From the sequence record SRR31156797_7389: DNA of 50,381 bases; one strand, written 5' to 3'. This document shows, in pieces, positions 1 to 9,410 of the stretch. Made by a program: the position numbers and the translations under genes. Each line of letters starts with the position of its first letter. Position 1 is the stretch's first letter. The notes beneath the pieces are model-generated. The model worked only from the letters and a program-made list of their open reading frames with translations, was not told the origin of the DNA and did not search any database.

Positions 1-2
1 CC

Positions 3-836
3 CAGATTCATCAAATCCTGATGAATCTTTGCACCAATGCCTTCCATGCCATGGAACAGACCGGAGGTGTCCTCGATATTCTCCTCAGAGAGTGTGATCT
101 CTGCCAAGACGATCTCCAACATCAGCCGGATGTGCAACCCGGCAAGTTTGTCGAGCTTTCCATCAGCGATTCCGGCCAGGGCATCAGTCAGGAAATACAA
201 AACAAGATCTTCGACCCCTATTTTACCACCAAAAAAATAGGCACGGGCACCGGTATAGGGCTTTCTATTGTCCGTGGTATTGTCAGCAGTTATGGTGGTT
301 TCATAACTTGCGAAAGTGAACCAGGAAGGGGCACAACCTTTCACGTTTTTTTTCCGGTCATTGAGCAGGAGATTACCCCTGTGATCAATCCGGTTGAACC
401 GATCCCCTGCGGCACAGAACAGATCCTCCTGGTTGATGACGAAACAATCCTTGTTGAAATGTGGAAGACCATGTTTAAAAGCCTTGGCTATGAGGTGACG
501 ATTAAAACAAGCAGCCTATTGGCCCTGAGCAGCTTCCAGGAACAGCCGGACCGCTTTGATGCGGTTATCACTGATTTGACCATGCCAGGGATGACAGGAT
601 ACGATCTCGCTCAGCGGATGCTGCAGCTACGGCCTGATTTGCCGATTATTCTTTGTACTGGTAACAGTAACCTTATTTCAGAAGAAAAAGTAAAATCCTT
701 GGGGATTAAAGAACTTGCCTGCAAACCAGTAGCCAAAGAAAGTCTGGCCATTCTTCTAAGAAAGGTACTTGATCAAAGGAAAACGGGAGAGCGGGTCACT
801 CTTATTAAAGAACGTACTAGACCGGATTTCTTATGA
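3..836 (+). CDS. Hybrid sensor histidine kinase, C-terminal part (HATPase_c plus receiver domain); 5' end lies outside the window
   Basis: The frame is open from the window edge (QIHQILMNLCTNA, N box). Also present: ISDSGQG (G1), IFDPYFTTK (F box), GTGTGIGLS (G2), then a receiver domain with ILLVDDE, VITDLTMPGMTG and CKP. Confidence 0.93.
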   Translation, partial: QIHQILMNLCTNAFHAMEQTGGVLDILLRECDLCQDDLQHQPDVQPGKFVELSISDSGQGISQEIQNKIFDPYFTTKKIGTGTGIGLSIVRGIVSSYGGFITCESEPGRGTTFHVFFPVIEQEITPVINPVEPIPCGTEQILLVDDETILVEMWKTMFKSLGYEVTIKTSSLLALSSFQEQPDRFDAVITDLTMPGMTGYDLAQRMLQLRPDLPIILCTGNSNLISEEKVKSLGIKELACKPVAKESLAILLRKVLDQRKTGERVTLIKERTRPDFL

Positions 837-1184
837 ACATTATGCCAATTCGTTCTATTGCACACATTTTTTTTATGTTGGGCAAAGTCACATAGAGTTA
901 CAACTTTCCATAATGCTCACCAAAAGTCAGTCCATACCGCGTCCTTTTCTTCAGTATTTCGGCAAAGAATAGAGACTGCTACCAGGGGCGACACTTACCC
1001 ATTCACACCCAAAAACTTTGAACCTAATGCAGCCTGATCTGACGAAAAGGGGCTACCCTTTTTCAATTTTAACGCGTTCCTAATCATTTCCTATTTTCTG
1101 CCCTGTATCCATTGGCTGTTCATCGTAACGGGACCAACCCGTTTACGTACACTTTGCTTTTATAAGGTAACCTGGAGGGAAGGA

Positions 1185-2912
1185 ATGCAAGTACAATTAA
1201 AAGGCGTGGTAAAATACTGGATTGCTGTCGGTTGCATTGCGTTAACCATGGGCAATGCAAATGCTGGCAACAATTGGGACGAAAAGTGGCATCACAACGG
1301 CCAGGGTCACCAGACAATGGACAGCATAATTGTTATGATACCAGACGGATGTGACGAAACTGTGCAGACAGTCGCAAGGTGGTACAAAGGTGAGGACCTT
1401 GCGGTTGACAGGATGCAGACCGGTGCGGTTAAAACACACATGGCTAACTCAATTATCACCGGATCTGCTGCCGCTGCTACGGCATTTGCAACCGGTCATA
1501 AAACGTCAGTACGCTTTCTGGGAATTGGACCTCGAACCGAAGATCTGCTCTCAGGCCTTGAGCCGACCGCTGAGCCGTATGCACCTGTTGCAACCATCCT
1601 TGAAGCTGCCCAACGCGCTGGTAAAGCAACAGGTATTATCGCAACCAGCAGGGTAACCCATGCAACGCCGGCAGCTTTTGCAGCCCACATCCAAGATAGA
1701 GGGTGGGACAACGATATCATGGAGCATATGGTTTATAACAATATTGACGTTGTTTTTGGTGGCGGAGCACGCCATTTGATCCCAACCGAGGAGAGCTATA
1801 CGACCTCTTTTGGTGATACATGGAAAGGTAAAAGAACCGATGGCGAAAACCTGATTCAGGTATTACAGGAGCGAGGGTATCAGTTCATTGACAGCAAGGA
1901 GCAGCTGAATACCGTGAACTCAGGGAAGGTGTGGGGAATGTTTGACGACAGCCATATGCAACCGGACATGGATCGTCAATACTTCGCAGAACATGAGCCA
2001 TCTCTTGCCGAGATGGTTCAAAAAGCCATCGATATTCTCTCCCAGGATCCTGACGGCTTTCTGTTAATGGTTGAAGGCTCTCAGGTTGACTGGGCTGGCC
2101 ACAACAACGATCCTATTTATATGGTGAAGGACTTTATCGCCTTTGATGATGCCGTAAAAGTGGCCAATACCTTTGCCAGCGAAGATGGCCGGACAGCAGT
2201 CATGGCCTACCCGGATCATAACACCGGTGGTATGAAAATCGGACATTACGCGACAGCCATGGGCTACACGGAAACCACCATCGAAAACCTGGTAGAACCG
2301 TTGAAAGCAATGAAGACGTCTGCTAACGGCGTTGTCAAGATGATGGTTGATGATTCTGATGATGCTCTGGTTGCAAGCGCTGCGGAACACTGGGGAATTG
2401 ACTTAAGTCTAGAAGATGTTGCTGAAATTCGCGATTTTCAGGATGCTGGCCTCAGCCTAAGTTATGCCTTGGCCAGGGTTGTCAGTGCACAATATACAGT
2501 TATCGGGTGGACAACCCACGGACATACAGGTGAAACCGTACCTCTCTGGATGTATGGAGAGCCCACTCCTGGACACGTGATAGACAACACGGACCTTGCA
2601 ACAATCGCCGCTGACATTATCGGAGTTAACCTTCGCAAAACAACCAAAAAACTTTACCGTGATCTGGATAGTGTAACCAGTGATTATACAATAGACTTTG
2701 AGACAGACCCGGACAACCCTGTACTGAAGGTAGCTGGCGTTGAATTACCTTTAAGCAAGGACTACATGGTAAAAAAAGAATATAAAAGAAAAAACAAGAA
2801 AACCATCTATAAGGAGAAAACCATCCAACTTCCCGGTTTGACCGTATACGCTCCACAGACAGAAAAAGTATACCTTTCGGTAAGAGCCCTTAAAAAATTA
2901 CATCTTTTATAA
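1185..2912 (+). CDS. phoA: Alkaline phosphatase (PhoA family), secreted, with a C-terminal extension
   Basis: Signal peptide; IPDG; ITGSAAAATAFATGHKT (catalytic Ser); SRVTHATPAAF; EGSQVDWAGHNND; DHNTGG; HGHTGETVP. RBS GGAGG upstream. Confidence 0.92.
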   Translation: MQVQLKGVVKYWIAVGCIALTMGNANAGNNWDEKWHHNGQGHQTMDSIIVMIPDGCDETVQTVARWYKGEDLAVDRMQTGAVKTHMANSIITGSAAAATAFATGHKTSVRFLGIGPRTEDLLSGLEPTAEPYAPVATILEAAQRAGKATGIIATSRVTHATPAAFAAHIQDRGWDNDIMEHMVYNNIDVVFGGGARHLIPTEESYTTSFGDTWKGKRTDGENLIQVLQERGYQFIDSKEQLNTVNSGKVWGMFDDSHMQPDMDRQYFAEHEPSLAEMVQKAIDILSQDPDGFLLMVEGSQVDWAGHNNDPIYMVKDFIAFDDAVKVANTFASEDGRTAVMAYPDHNTGGMKIGHYATAMGYTETTIENLVEPLKAMKTSANGVVKMMVDDSDDALVASAAEHWGIDLSLEDVAEIRDFQDAGLSLSYALARVVSAQYTVIGWTTHGHTGETVPLWMYGEPTPGHVIDNTDLATIAADIIGVNLRKTTKKLYRDLDSVTSDYTIDFETDPDNPVLKVAGVELPLSKDYMVKKEYKRKNKKTIYKEKTIQLPGLTVYAPQTEKVYLSVRALKKLHLL

Positions 2913-2939
2913 CCCTCCACTCAAGGAAACGGGCAATAC

Positions 2940-3425
2940 CTAGTACTGCCCGTTTCCTTTAAGCCACCACGTGGTAAAGGTGATTGGATAGAGAAACGTG
3001 GCATCTTCATCATCGCGTTGCCAGGGAGAAAAATCAGTATCCATGATCATATCAGATATTTTTTGTAAAAAGGCTTTGTCAACACCACTTGATTCCATCA
3101 CCTCAGCCGCAATCGCCTCGCCGGTATACTCAACTGTAACTTTGAATACGGCTCGGCCGGAATTAACCTGCTGCTCCTCCTTGTCATTGACCATTTTGAA
3201 CAGAACCTGAGCGTTACAGTAAGGAAATTGCATATCTGCCAAAACACTTTGCTTACTGCGTGGCCCGCTGATAATTTGCAGGCCATCAACTTGTTGGGGC
3301 TTTTCCTGAAGGCAGGTCTTAGGATCAAACGAGGTAGTATTATCCAGGGTGCTGCACCCGCTGCCAAGCAAAAGTAACACACCTAACCCTAGAGTCTTTT
3401 TTTTCGAACAGTTCCACCATCTCAT
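2940..3425 (-). CDS. Lipoprotein with a TonB C-terminal/AgmX-PglI-like domain
   Basis: Lipobox LLLGSGC; the C-terminal G-x-V-F-x-V-x-V..G....AEV.ESS..D..F...I....F.P....YPITF pattern is typical of TonB-C-like folds. The start may be 3479 instead. Confidence 0.6.
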   Translation of the reverse strand: MRWWNCSKKKTLGLGVLLLLGSGCSTLDNTTSFDPKTCLQEKPQQVDGLQIISGPRSKQSVLADMQFPYCNAQVLFKMVNDKEEQQVNSGRAVFKVTVEYTGEAIAAEVMESSGVDKAFLQKISDMIMDTDFSPWQRDDEDATFLYPITFTTWWLKGNGQY

Positions 3426-3497
3426 ATCTTGGATTATCCTGTGTAAAGGTAAGGACAATTGTCTAATTGAACAATTCATTAAGATGTCCTCATTTTT

Positions 3498-4430
3498 TTA
3501 AAGGAGCGGTTTACCATACTCCTTTATCTGGTTTTTCATTCTCAGTAGTTCAACATTTCCAGGGACAACGACTTCAGAATCCGGCTCGTAATCCAAACTT
3601 CTTCTACGCCCCCTGTATTTAACGGTACTCAAAATCAGCTTCATTGTCTCAAGCCGGGCCTTGTGCTTATCATCTGATTTTACGATCCACCACGGGCACT
3701 CTTTGGTATGTGTTTTTTGCAGCATCACCATTTTCTTATGGGTAAATTCATCCCATAGATCCTGGGCCTGAAGGTCAACCTCAGAAAGTTTCCACTGTCG
3801 TAACGGGTCATTACGTCGTCGCTCAAATCTATTTGCCTGCTCCTCCTTGGAAACAGAAAAATAAAGTTTAAGCAAGATCGTTTGCCCCGCATCCAGGATA
3901 AAGTTATTTTCGTAGAGGGTTACTTTTTTTAAGAATCGATGATATTGATCACTGGTACAAAATGACATAACCGGCTCAACCATTGCCCGATTGTACCAAG
4001 ACCTGTCAAAAAGAACGATTTCACCTGCTCTGGGAAATTGCTCGATATATCGTTTCATGTGCAGCTCGGTCCGCTGCACCTGGTTGGGTTTTCCCAAAGC
4101 CACCACCCGGTAATGTTTTTCGTTCATATATCTGGTTATCCGACGTATCGTCCCACCTTTTCCGGAAGCATCCCGCCCGTCAAAGAGAATGATCATTTTT
4201 TTTCCGGTTCGCTCCAGATGTGCCTGCATTTTAATGAGCTCAGCCTGGTAGGTCTTCAGCTCCTCTGCTTTATAATGTTTTATCAAGGCAGACTTAATAA
4301 TTTCCTGCTTATGTTTTTCCTTAAGTATGGAGTAAATCTGCTCATGGTAATAGCTATCAATTTCCGGCTTACTCGATTGATAATCAAGGTTTTTTAATAC
4401 ATCTGTAATGCTGCTGGTGATATCGTTCAT
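3498..4430 (-). CDS. ppk2: Polyphosphate kinase 2
   Basis: DGRDASGKGGTIRR (Walker A), LFDRSWYNRAMVEPVM, RRNDPLRQWKLSEVD, PWWIVKSDDKHKAR. Confidence 0.95.
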   Translation of the reverse strand: MNDITSSITDVLKNLDYQSSKPEIDSYYHEQIYSILKEKHKQEIIKSALIKHYKAEELKTYQAELIKMQAHLERTGKKMIILFDGRDASGKGGTIRRITRYMNEKHYRVVALGKPNQVQRTELHMKRYIEQFPRAGEIVLFDRSWYNRAMVEPVMSFCTSDQYHRFLKKVTLYENNFILDAGQTILLKLYFSVSKEEQANRFERRRNDPLRQWKLSEVDLQAQDLWDEFTHKKMVMLQKTHTKECPWWIVKSDDKHKARLETMKLILSTVKYRGRRRSLDYEPDSEVVVPGNVELLRMKNQIKEYGKPLL

Positions 4431-4734
4431 ATCTGTTTGGTTACTGAATCAAGGTTTGCTGACTTCTGTACTGAATAGTTATAGAAAAAGACGGACAAGT
4501 CAGGGTAGCATACCTCTCTTATATTAGTATTCTGTTAGGAGAAAGATGATCGTTTCATTTTTGTTATACCTTTTGATATCAATAGCAAAAGCTTTCATTT
4601 GCACGATACAGGTATAAAGTCGATTGAGTGGTAAGATAAATTAAGCCTGAATTAACGCTGTTTTTATTGCTTTCTCTTTTCTTCTGTTGTTGGATATCGT
4701 TCAAGCTGCACGATAATACTCTTCTTTGCCGCCT

Positions 4735-5836
4735 ATGCTGAACAATTTAGCTGCACGTTTAGGGCTGAAGCTCTTCATGCTCTTGACAGCCATTATCATC
4801 TTCTCCATTTTCCCCCTGGCCTATATGGCCGCCATGCAAACTATCGAAAGCTTTGCCGAGGAAATAGCTGATATAAATGGAATTGAAATACAAAGCCAAG
4901 CGTTTTGATTCTTGCTTCGGAAGCACACTATATGGTCGCTGGTGAGATGGAAAAGCCTGGGTGGATTTTTGAAGTCGTGGTTCGTGAAAAAAATTGCAAG
5001 GTGTTGATATTGCACCTTACGTGATCAAGTTCCTCCGTACAGTTGGTAGTGCATACTTTGGTGAAGTTTGGGCAAAGGTAACATCATGGCAGGGTAAACA
5101 AGTTCTTGTCGGCACCATTATAGATGTCAGTAACTTAACATATCATCAGCAGCAGTTGCAGGCCCGTGAATACCAGCTCCAGCAATCCCTAACGAAAAAA
5201 GAAGCGCTTTTGCGAGAAGTGTACCACCGAACAAAGAACAATATGCTGGTCATTATCTCCATGCTAACGCTTCAACTCATAGAAATACCAGACCAACGGG
5301 TAAAAACAATATTTCATGAAACTGAAAACCGAATCAGAGCCATGACCCTGGTCCATGAGAAGCTCTACCAATCAAAAAACCTTGCCGAGATAGAATTGGG
5401 CTCGTATCTCCAGGACAATGCCGAGAGCCTGATCACCCATATGACGCTCAAGAAAAGGATTTCCCTCCAAGTGGACGTTCAACCTGTTGCGATAAATATC
5501 GATAATGCCATTCCTCTTGGCCTGGTGGTAAATGAAATTATAACCAACTCGCTCCAACATGCCTTTCCAGAGAAACGAAAAGGCACCCTGCTCCTCAAGG
5601 TTACCTCGATTTCTGACAATACCATACATGTGACCATTGCCGACGACAGAATTGGTCTGGTGGATGAAAGTGATTTGCTGCATGGAAAGACATTTGGGAT
5701 GCAGATTATCTACAATCTGGTAACCATGCTGTTAAAAGGTACGATTGCGATGAATGAAGAGAAAGGCCCGTGCTACCAGATCACCTTTCCCAAAACAGAC
5801 TATATCAAACATATCCAACAAGAGTTGGTCTCATAA
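4735..5836 (+). pseudogene. Fragmented membrane sensor histidine kinase (TM, Cache-like, PAS, HisKA_2, HATPase)
   Basis: Three frames: a TM N-terminus at 4735-4908 ending in TGA; a Cache-end-like piece HYMVAGEMEKPGWIFEVVV from 4908; and PAS end plus EVYHRTKNNM and EIITNSLQHAF at 4994-5836. The G1 box reads DDRIG instead of DDGIG. Confidence 0.75.
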
Positions 5837-5886
5837 ACCCCTTTTTTCCACAATGCGTCTGAACCATATATTTTTTGTGCATAACG

Positions 5887-7665
5887 ATGAGTGACCTACC
5901 ACACCTGTTCAACTATCGTGATTTTCTAAAAAATCATTATGGAGATATACTGTACCGAGTTCCGCTTGATACCGGATCAAGCTGTCCCCATCGCGGAACT
6001 AGTGGTAGTGGCGGCTGTACCTTCTGCCCGGAAGACGGTGCAAGAGCTGTACAACTTGGCAATATTCAAGATATTCGAGAACAAATTCATGCAGGGATCA
6101 CTTTTGCCCAAAAACGCTATCAGGCACAATCTTTCATGGCTTATCTCCAGGCGTTTACCAGTACTTTTACCTCGGTAAAGCTGCTGAATGAGCTCATAAA
6201 AATTATTCGAGAAGAACATGATTTTAAAGCGATAACCTTTGGCACCAGGCCTGACTGCCTTTCTCCAGAGGTCATAACCTACCTTAAGGACCTGCATCAA
6301 CAGCTTGATGTCTGGGTTGAGCTCGGTATCCAGACGGTTCACAACAAGAGCCTTCAACGTATTAATCGCGGTCACGACTGGGCATCTGGTCATGAGGCAA
6401 TTTTAAGACTCCACCAGGCAGGGATCTTTGTCGGCGTTCACCTTATTATTGGCCTCCCGGGCGAATCACTGCCCCATTTCCAACAAACCATGGAGACCCT
6501 GGCACCACTTCCTATTGATGCCATCAAACTGCATAACCTGCATATCATCAAGAACACCACTCTTGCCGAGACCTTCCGCAAAAATCCCTTTCCAGTGTTC
6601 AAAGAATATGAATATGCTGAAATTCTGCTCAAACTGCTGCCGCTCATCCCGGCGGACCGTCCTCTGATCCGGCTAACTACAGACACACCGCAAGAAGTAT
6701 TGATTGCCCCCCAATGGTCAATGTCTAAGGGGCAGTTCCGTCATTATCTGCTGCAACAACTGCACAAACGCCAAATACACCAGGGAATGGCCCTCCAATA
6801 TCCAACCCAGAAAAATACAACCAATCAACCAATGGAAACAAAACCCGTAGCTTTTCTTACCGAAGATGGGAGCATCACTTTCTGGAATACAGAACTCAAG
6901 GAATATTATCACACCCTTGCCGGAGCTCGGTCAGAAGCTGGAGAGAAATACTGCTTTCCGGGCCAACTGGAAAAACGCCTTGGCAACGGACCAGTTCGAA
7001 TTTTGGATATATGCTTTGGCCTTGGCTATAACAGCCTTACAGCCTGTGAGCAGGCAATTCGAAGTGGTGGGAATGTAGAAATAACTGCCTTGGAAATAGA
7101 TAGACGGGTTGTGGAGACTGCAGCCGAAAAACTCTGTGAGACCGATACCGCCTTTCACTGGAACAACTGTCTGCAGACACTCTGCAAGAAAGGAATATGG
7201 AGTGAAGCAGGGTGCTCGATCCGTCTTTTATGGGGAGATGCCCGCCACACCCTCACCCAGGTGGAAGCCCCCTTTGACCTGATATGGCTCGATGCCTTTT
7301 CCACCCAAAGAAACAGTGAACTGTGGACAGTCGATTTTTTTGAACATTTGCGTCCTTTACTCCACCCTTCTGGCGCCCTGCTCACTTACTGTGCCGCTAT
7401 TCCAGTAAGAGCAGGATTACTGGCAGCAGGGTTTATAGTGGGGGAAACCGATGCCTTTGGCCGCCCAAGAGGCGGGACCATTGCCGGATGCAGCCAGGAT
7501 ATAATCAGCCAACCGCTGCCGGAACGCGATCTCTTCTTAATGGAAACCCTGCGTGGTATTCCTTACCGAGACCCCCAGCAAACTCGGACCAACAAGGAGA
7601 TACTGCGCCACCGTGAACTCGAAATTGTGCAGCGCAAAAAAGATATCAATCAAGAGCAGCCTTGA
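5887..7665 (+). CDS. TIGR01212 (YhcC/YtqA-type) radical SAM protein fused to an MnmC/MnmD-type tRNA methyltransferase domain
   Basis: N-terminal part: SCPHRGTSGSGGCTFC, YLQAFTST, GTRPDCL, ELGIQTVH, INRGH, IKLHNLHII. C-terminal part: TEDGSITF..EYYHT..GA..E, ILDICFGLGYN, WGDAR, WLDAFS..RNSELWT. One uninterrupted ORF. Confidence 0.85.
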   Translation: MSDLPHLFNYRDFLKNHYGDILYRVPLDTGSSCPHRGTSGSGGCTFCPEDGARAVQLGNIQDIREQIHAGITFAQKRYQAQSFMAYLQAFTSTFTSVKLLNELIKIIREEHDFKAITFGTRPDCLSPEVITYLKDLHQQLDVWVELGIQTVHNKSLQRINRGHDWASGHEAILRLHQAGIFVGVHLIIGLPGESLPHFQQTMETLAPLPIDAIKLHNLHIIKNTTLAETFRKNPFPVFKEYEYAEILLKLLPLIPADRPLIRLTTDTPQEVLIAPQWSMSKGQFRHYLLQQLHKRQIHQGMALQYPTQKNTTNQPMETKPVAFLTEDGSITFWNTELKEYYHTLAGARSEAGEKYCFPGQLEKRLGNGPVRILDICFGLGYNSLTACEQAIRSGGNVEITALEIDRRVVETAAEKLCETDTAFHWNNCLQTLCKKGIWSEAGCSIRLLWGDARHTLTQVEAPFDLIWLDAFSTQRNSELWTVDFFEHLRPLLHPSGALLTYCAAIPVRAGLLAAGFIVGETDAFGRPRGGTIAGCSQDIISQPLPERDLFLMETLRGIPYRDPQQTRTNKEILRHRELEIVQRKKDINQEQP

Positions 7666-7671
7666 GGGTAT

Positions 7672-8460
7672 TTACTCGTTTTTGAAGACAAGGGCATGAT
7701 TAGCACCAAAACAGCGCTTGACAGCAAGGAAAACAACCAACACCGAACCTAGGGCTGTGGAAGCCGTGAGCATCACCATAACTATAATCTGGTACCGGAT
7801 GGCGACCATGGGGTCAGTACCCGACAAAATCTGTCCAGTCATCATCCCCGGTATAAAGACAATACCCACTCCCATCATGGAATTGATCGACGGAATCATC
7901 CCCGCTTTGATTGCGTCCCGAGCAAAGGGACGCCCTACTTCCGAGGAGGAGGCACCCAGACAAAGCTGCATCTCAACTTCTTGACGCCTGGCATGCAGAT
8001 CAGCAAACAACCTTTCCAGACTGATGGACAAGGCCGTCATGGAGTTTCCAACTATCATTCCAGCAAGCGGTATAAAATAATCTGGCCGCCACCATGGTTT
8101 TGCTCCAACAATAACCCCGGTGACAATCACCGAAATGAGCAGATAACTTAAAAACATCGAAATAAAAACAGGGAAAAGCACCGGCACTTCGCTTTCCCTG
8201 ACCCGCCCCTTGATAATATGGACAGCCGACCCGATCATGATGGTAAATATTGCCAGAGAAACCCACACACTGGGATGCCCAAATACCAGGGTCAGCACGA
8301 AACCAAGAATAAAAAGCTGGCTCACCGAACGAACCGTACCAACCAGCAAGTCTCTCCCCAACCCCAATTGTAAGTAACACGAACAGCCTCCGGCGATCAA
8401 GACAAGAGCAAGAGCCAAAACCAGCTGCCAGAGAGTAAGATCAATAATTTGTTCCGTCAT
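7672..8460 (-). CDS. fetB: FetB/YbbM (UPF0014) ABC permease
   Basis: R...QL.ILGFVL, IPLAGMIVGNSM, PSINSMMGVGIVFIPGMMTGQILSGTDP..AIRYQI. Confidence 0.88.
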   Translation of the reverse strand: MTEQIIDLTLWQLVLALALVLIAGGCSCYLQLGLGRDLLVGTVRSVSQLFILGFVLTLVFGHPSVWVSLAIFTIMIGSAVHIIKGRVRESEVPVLFPVFISMFLSYLLISVIVTGVIVGAKPWWRPDYFIPLAGMIVGNSMTALSISLERLFADLHARRQEVEMQLCLGASSSEVGRPFARDAIKAGMIPSINSMMGVGIVFIPGMMTGQILSGTDPMVAIRYQIIVMVMLTASTALGSVLVVFLAVKRCFGANHALVFKNE

Positions 8461-9161
8461 CGTGTCCCCTCATCCAAGTGATGACCGGCTTCACAGAGAC
8501 TACCATTATCAAGCGCAAACCTCCTGACTGCCACCTGTTTTGGTTCAAAATGCGCATGGCTGATCATGATTATCGTCAAACCCTCTCTGTTAAGGTTCTC
8601 TGTCACTTTTTCCACAACTTTTTTGCTCACTGGATCAAGAGCACTCACCGGTTCATCAAGCAACAGCAGCTCTGGTTTCAGGAGTAGAGAACGAATCAGG
8701 CACAAACGCTGACGCTGCCCAACGGAAAGAGCTGCTGCAGAAGCCTCAAAGTCCACATCATGAAGCAGCACCCGATCCAGGTATTCCCTGAGTTGGTCGT
8801 TCGATGGCAGGGCAAGGGACCGGTTGGCCCGAAACCCATAGGACAGCAAAAGGTTTTCCCTTACCGTTCCTTGGCTGAGAGTCGGTGTCTGCTGCAGCAT
8901 GACCATCTTGGTCCGTAACTCCGGAGGCGGCAAGATATTCAGATTCTTACCCCGAAACATAATGGCTCCAGACTGTATTTCTTCCAGCCGGACCAACAAA
9001 CGCATGAAGGTGGACTTCCCGCCTCCTGAAGGCCCGGTGATCACGAGAAACTGACCACCTTGGACCGTTAAAGACAACGTGTCCAACACCAAACGATTGT
9101 CTGCTGTTTTGTGTGAGAGTTCTTTGACAACCAAAAGCGGCTGATGCACAGAGTGCGGCAT
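8457..9161 (-). CDS. fetA: FetA/YbbL-like ABC ATPase
   Basis: GPSGGGKST, LSVGQRQRL, LLLDEPVSALD. Overlaps fetB by 4 nt; ATG at 9161 is the plausible start. Confidence 0.82.
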   Translation of the reverse strand: MPHSVHQPLLVVKELSHKTADNRLVLDTLSLTVQGGQFLVITGPSGGGKSTFMRLLVRLEEIQSGAIMFRGKNLNILPPPELRTKMVMLQQTPTLSQGTVRENLLLSYGFRANRSLALPSNDQLREYLDRVLLHDVDFEASAAALSVGQRQRLCLIRSLLLKPELLLLDEPVSALDPVSKKVVEKVTENLNREGLTIIMISHAHFEPKQVAVRRFALDNGSLCEAGHHLDEGTR

Positions 9162-9284
9162 GATTACAATGCTCCCATTCCTTCGATTATCATTAAGTTG
9201 CACAGAAGTCAGTATTCGTGTTGTTTCCTCCGGCACGATTAACACCATTTTGCCGGGGTTGACAGCCCTGAACGGTACTGACTG

Positions 9285-9364
9285 GTAACACGTTTTTATA
9301 ATTCGTGTTGACACATTCACGAATACCGGGGTATTGAGTGTTACGAATTAAAAAATCATCACAC
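9285..9364 (+). promoter_or_regulatory. Two NikR-like operators flanking a TTGACA -35 element
   Basis: GTAACAC-N13-GTGTTGA (9285-9311) and GTGTTAC-N13-ATCACAC (9338-9364). TTGACA at 9308-9313. Directly upstream of a Ni/Co ECF operon. Confidence 0.65.
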
Positions 9365-9410
9365 TGGCCATCGTATAGCTCACAACACAACCATTTAACA
9401 GGAATCAGCA

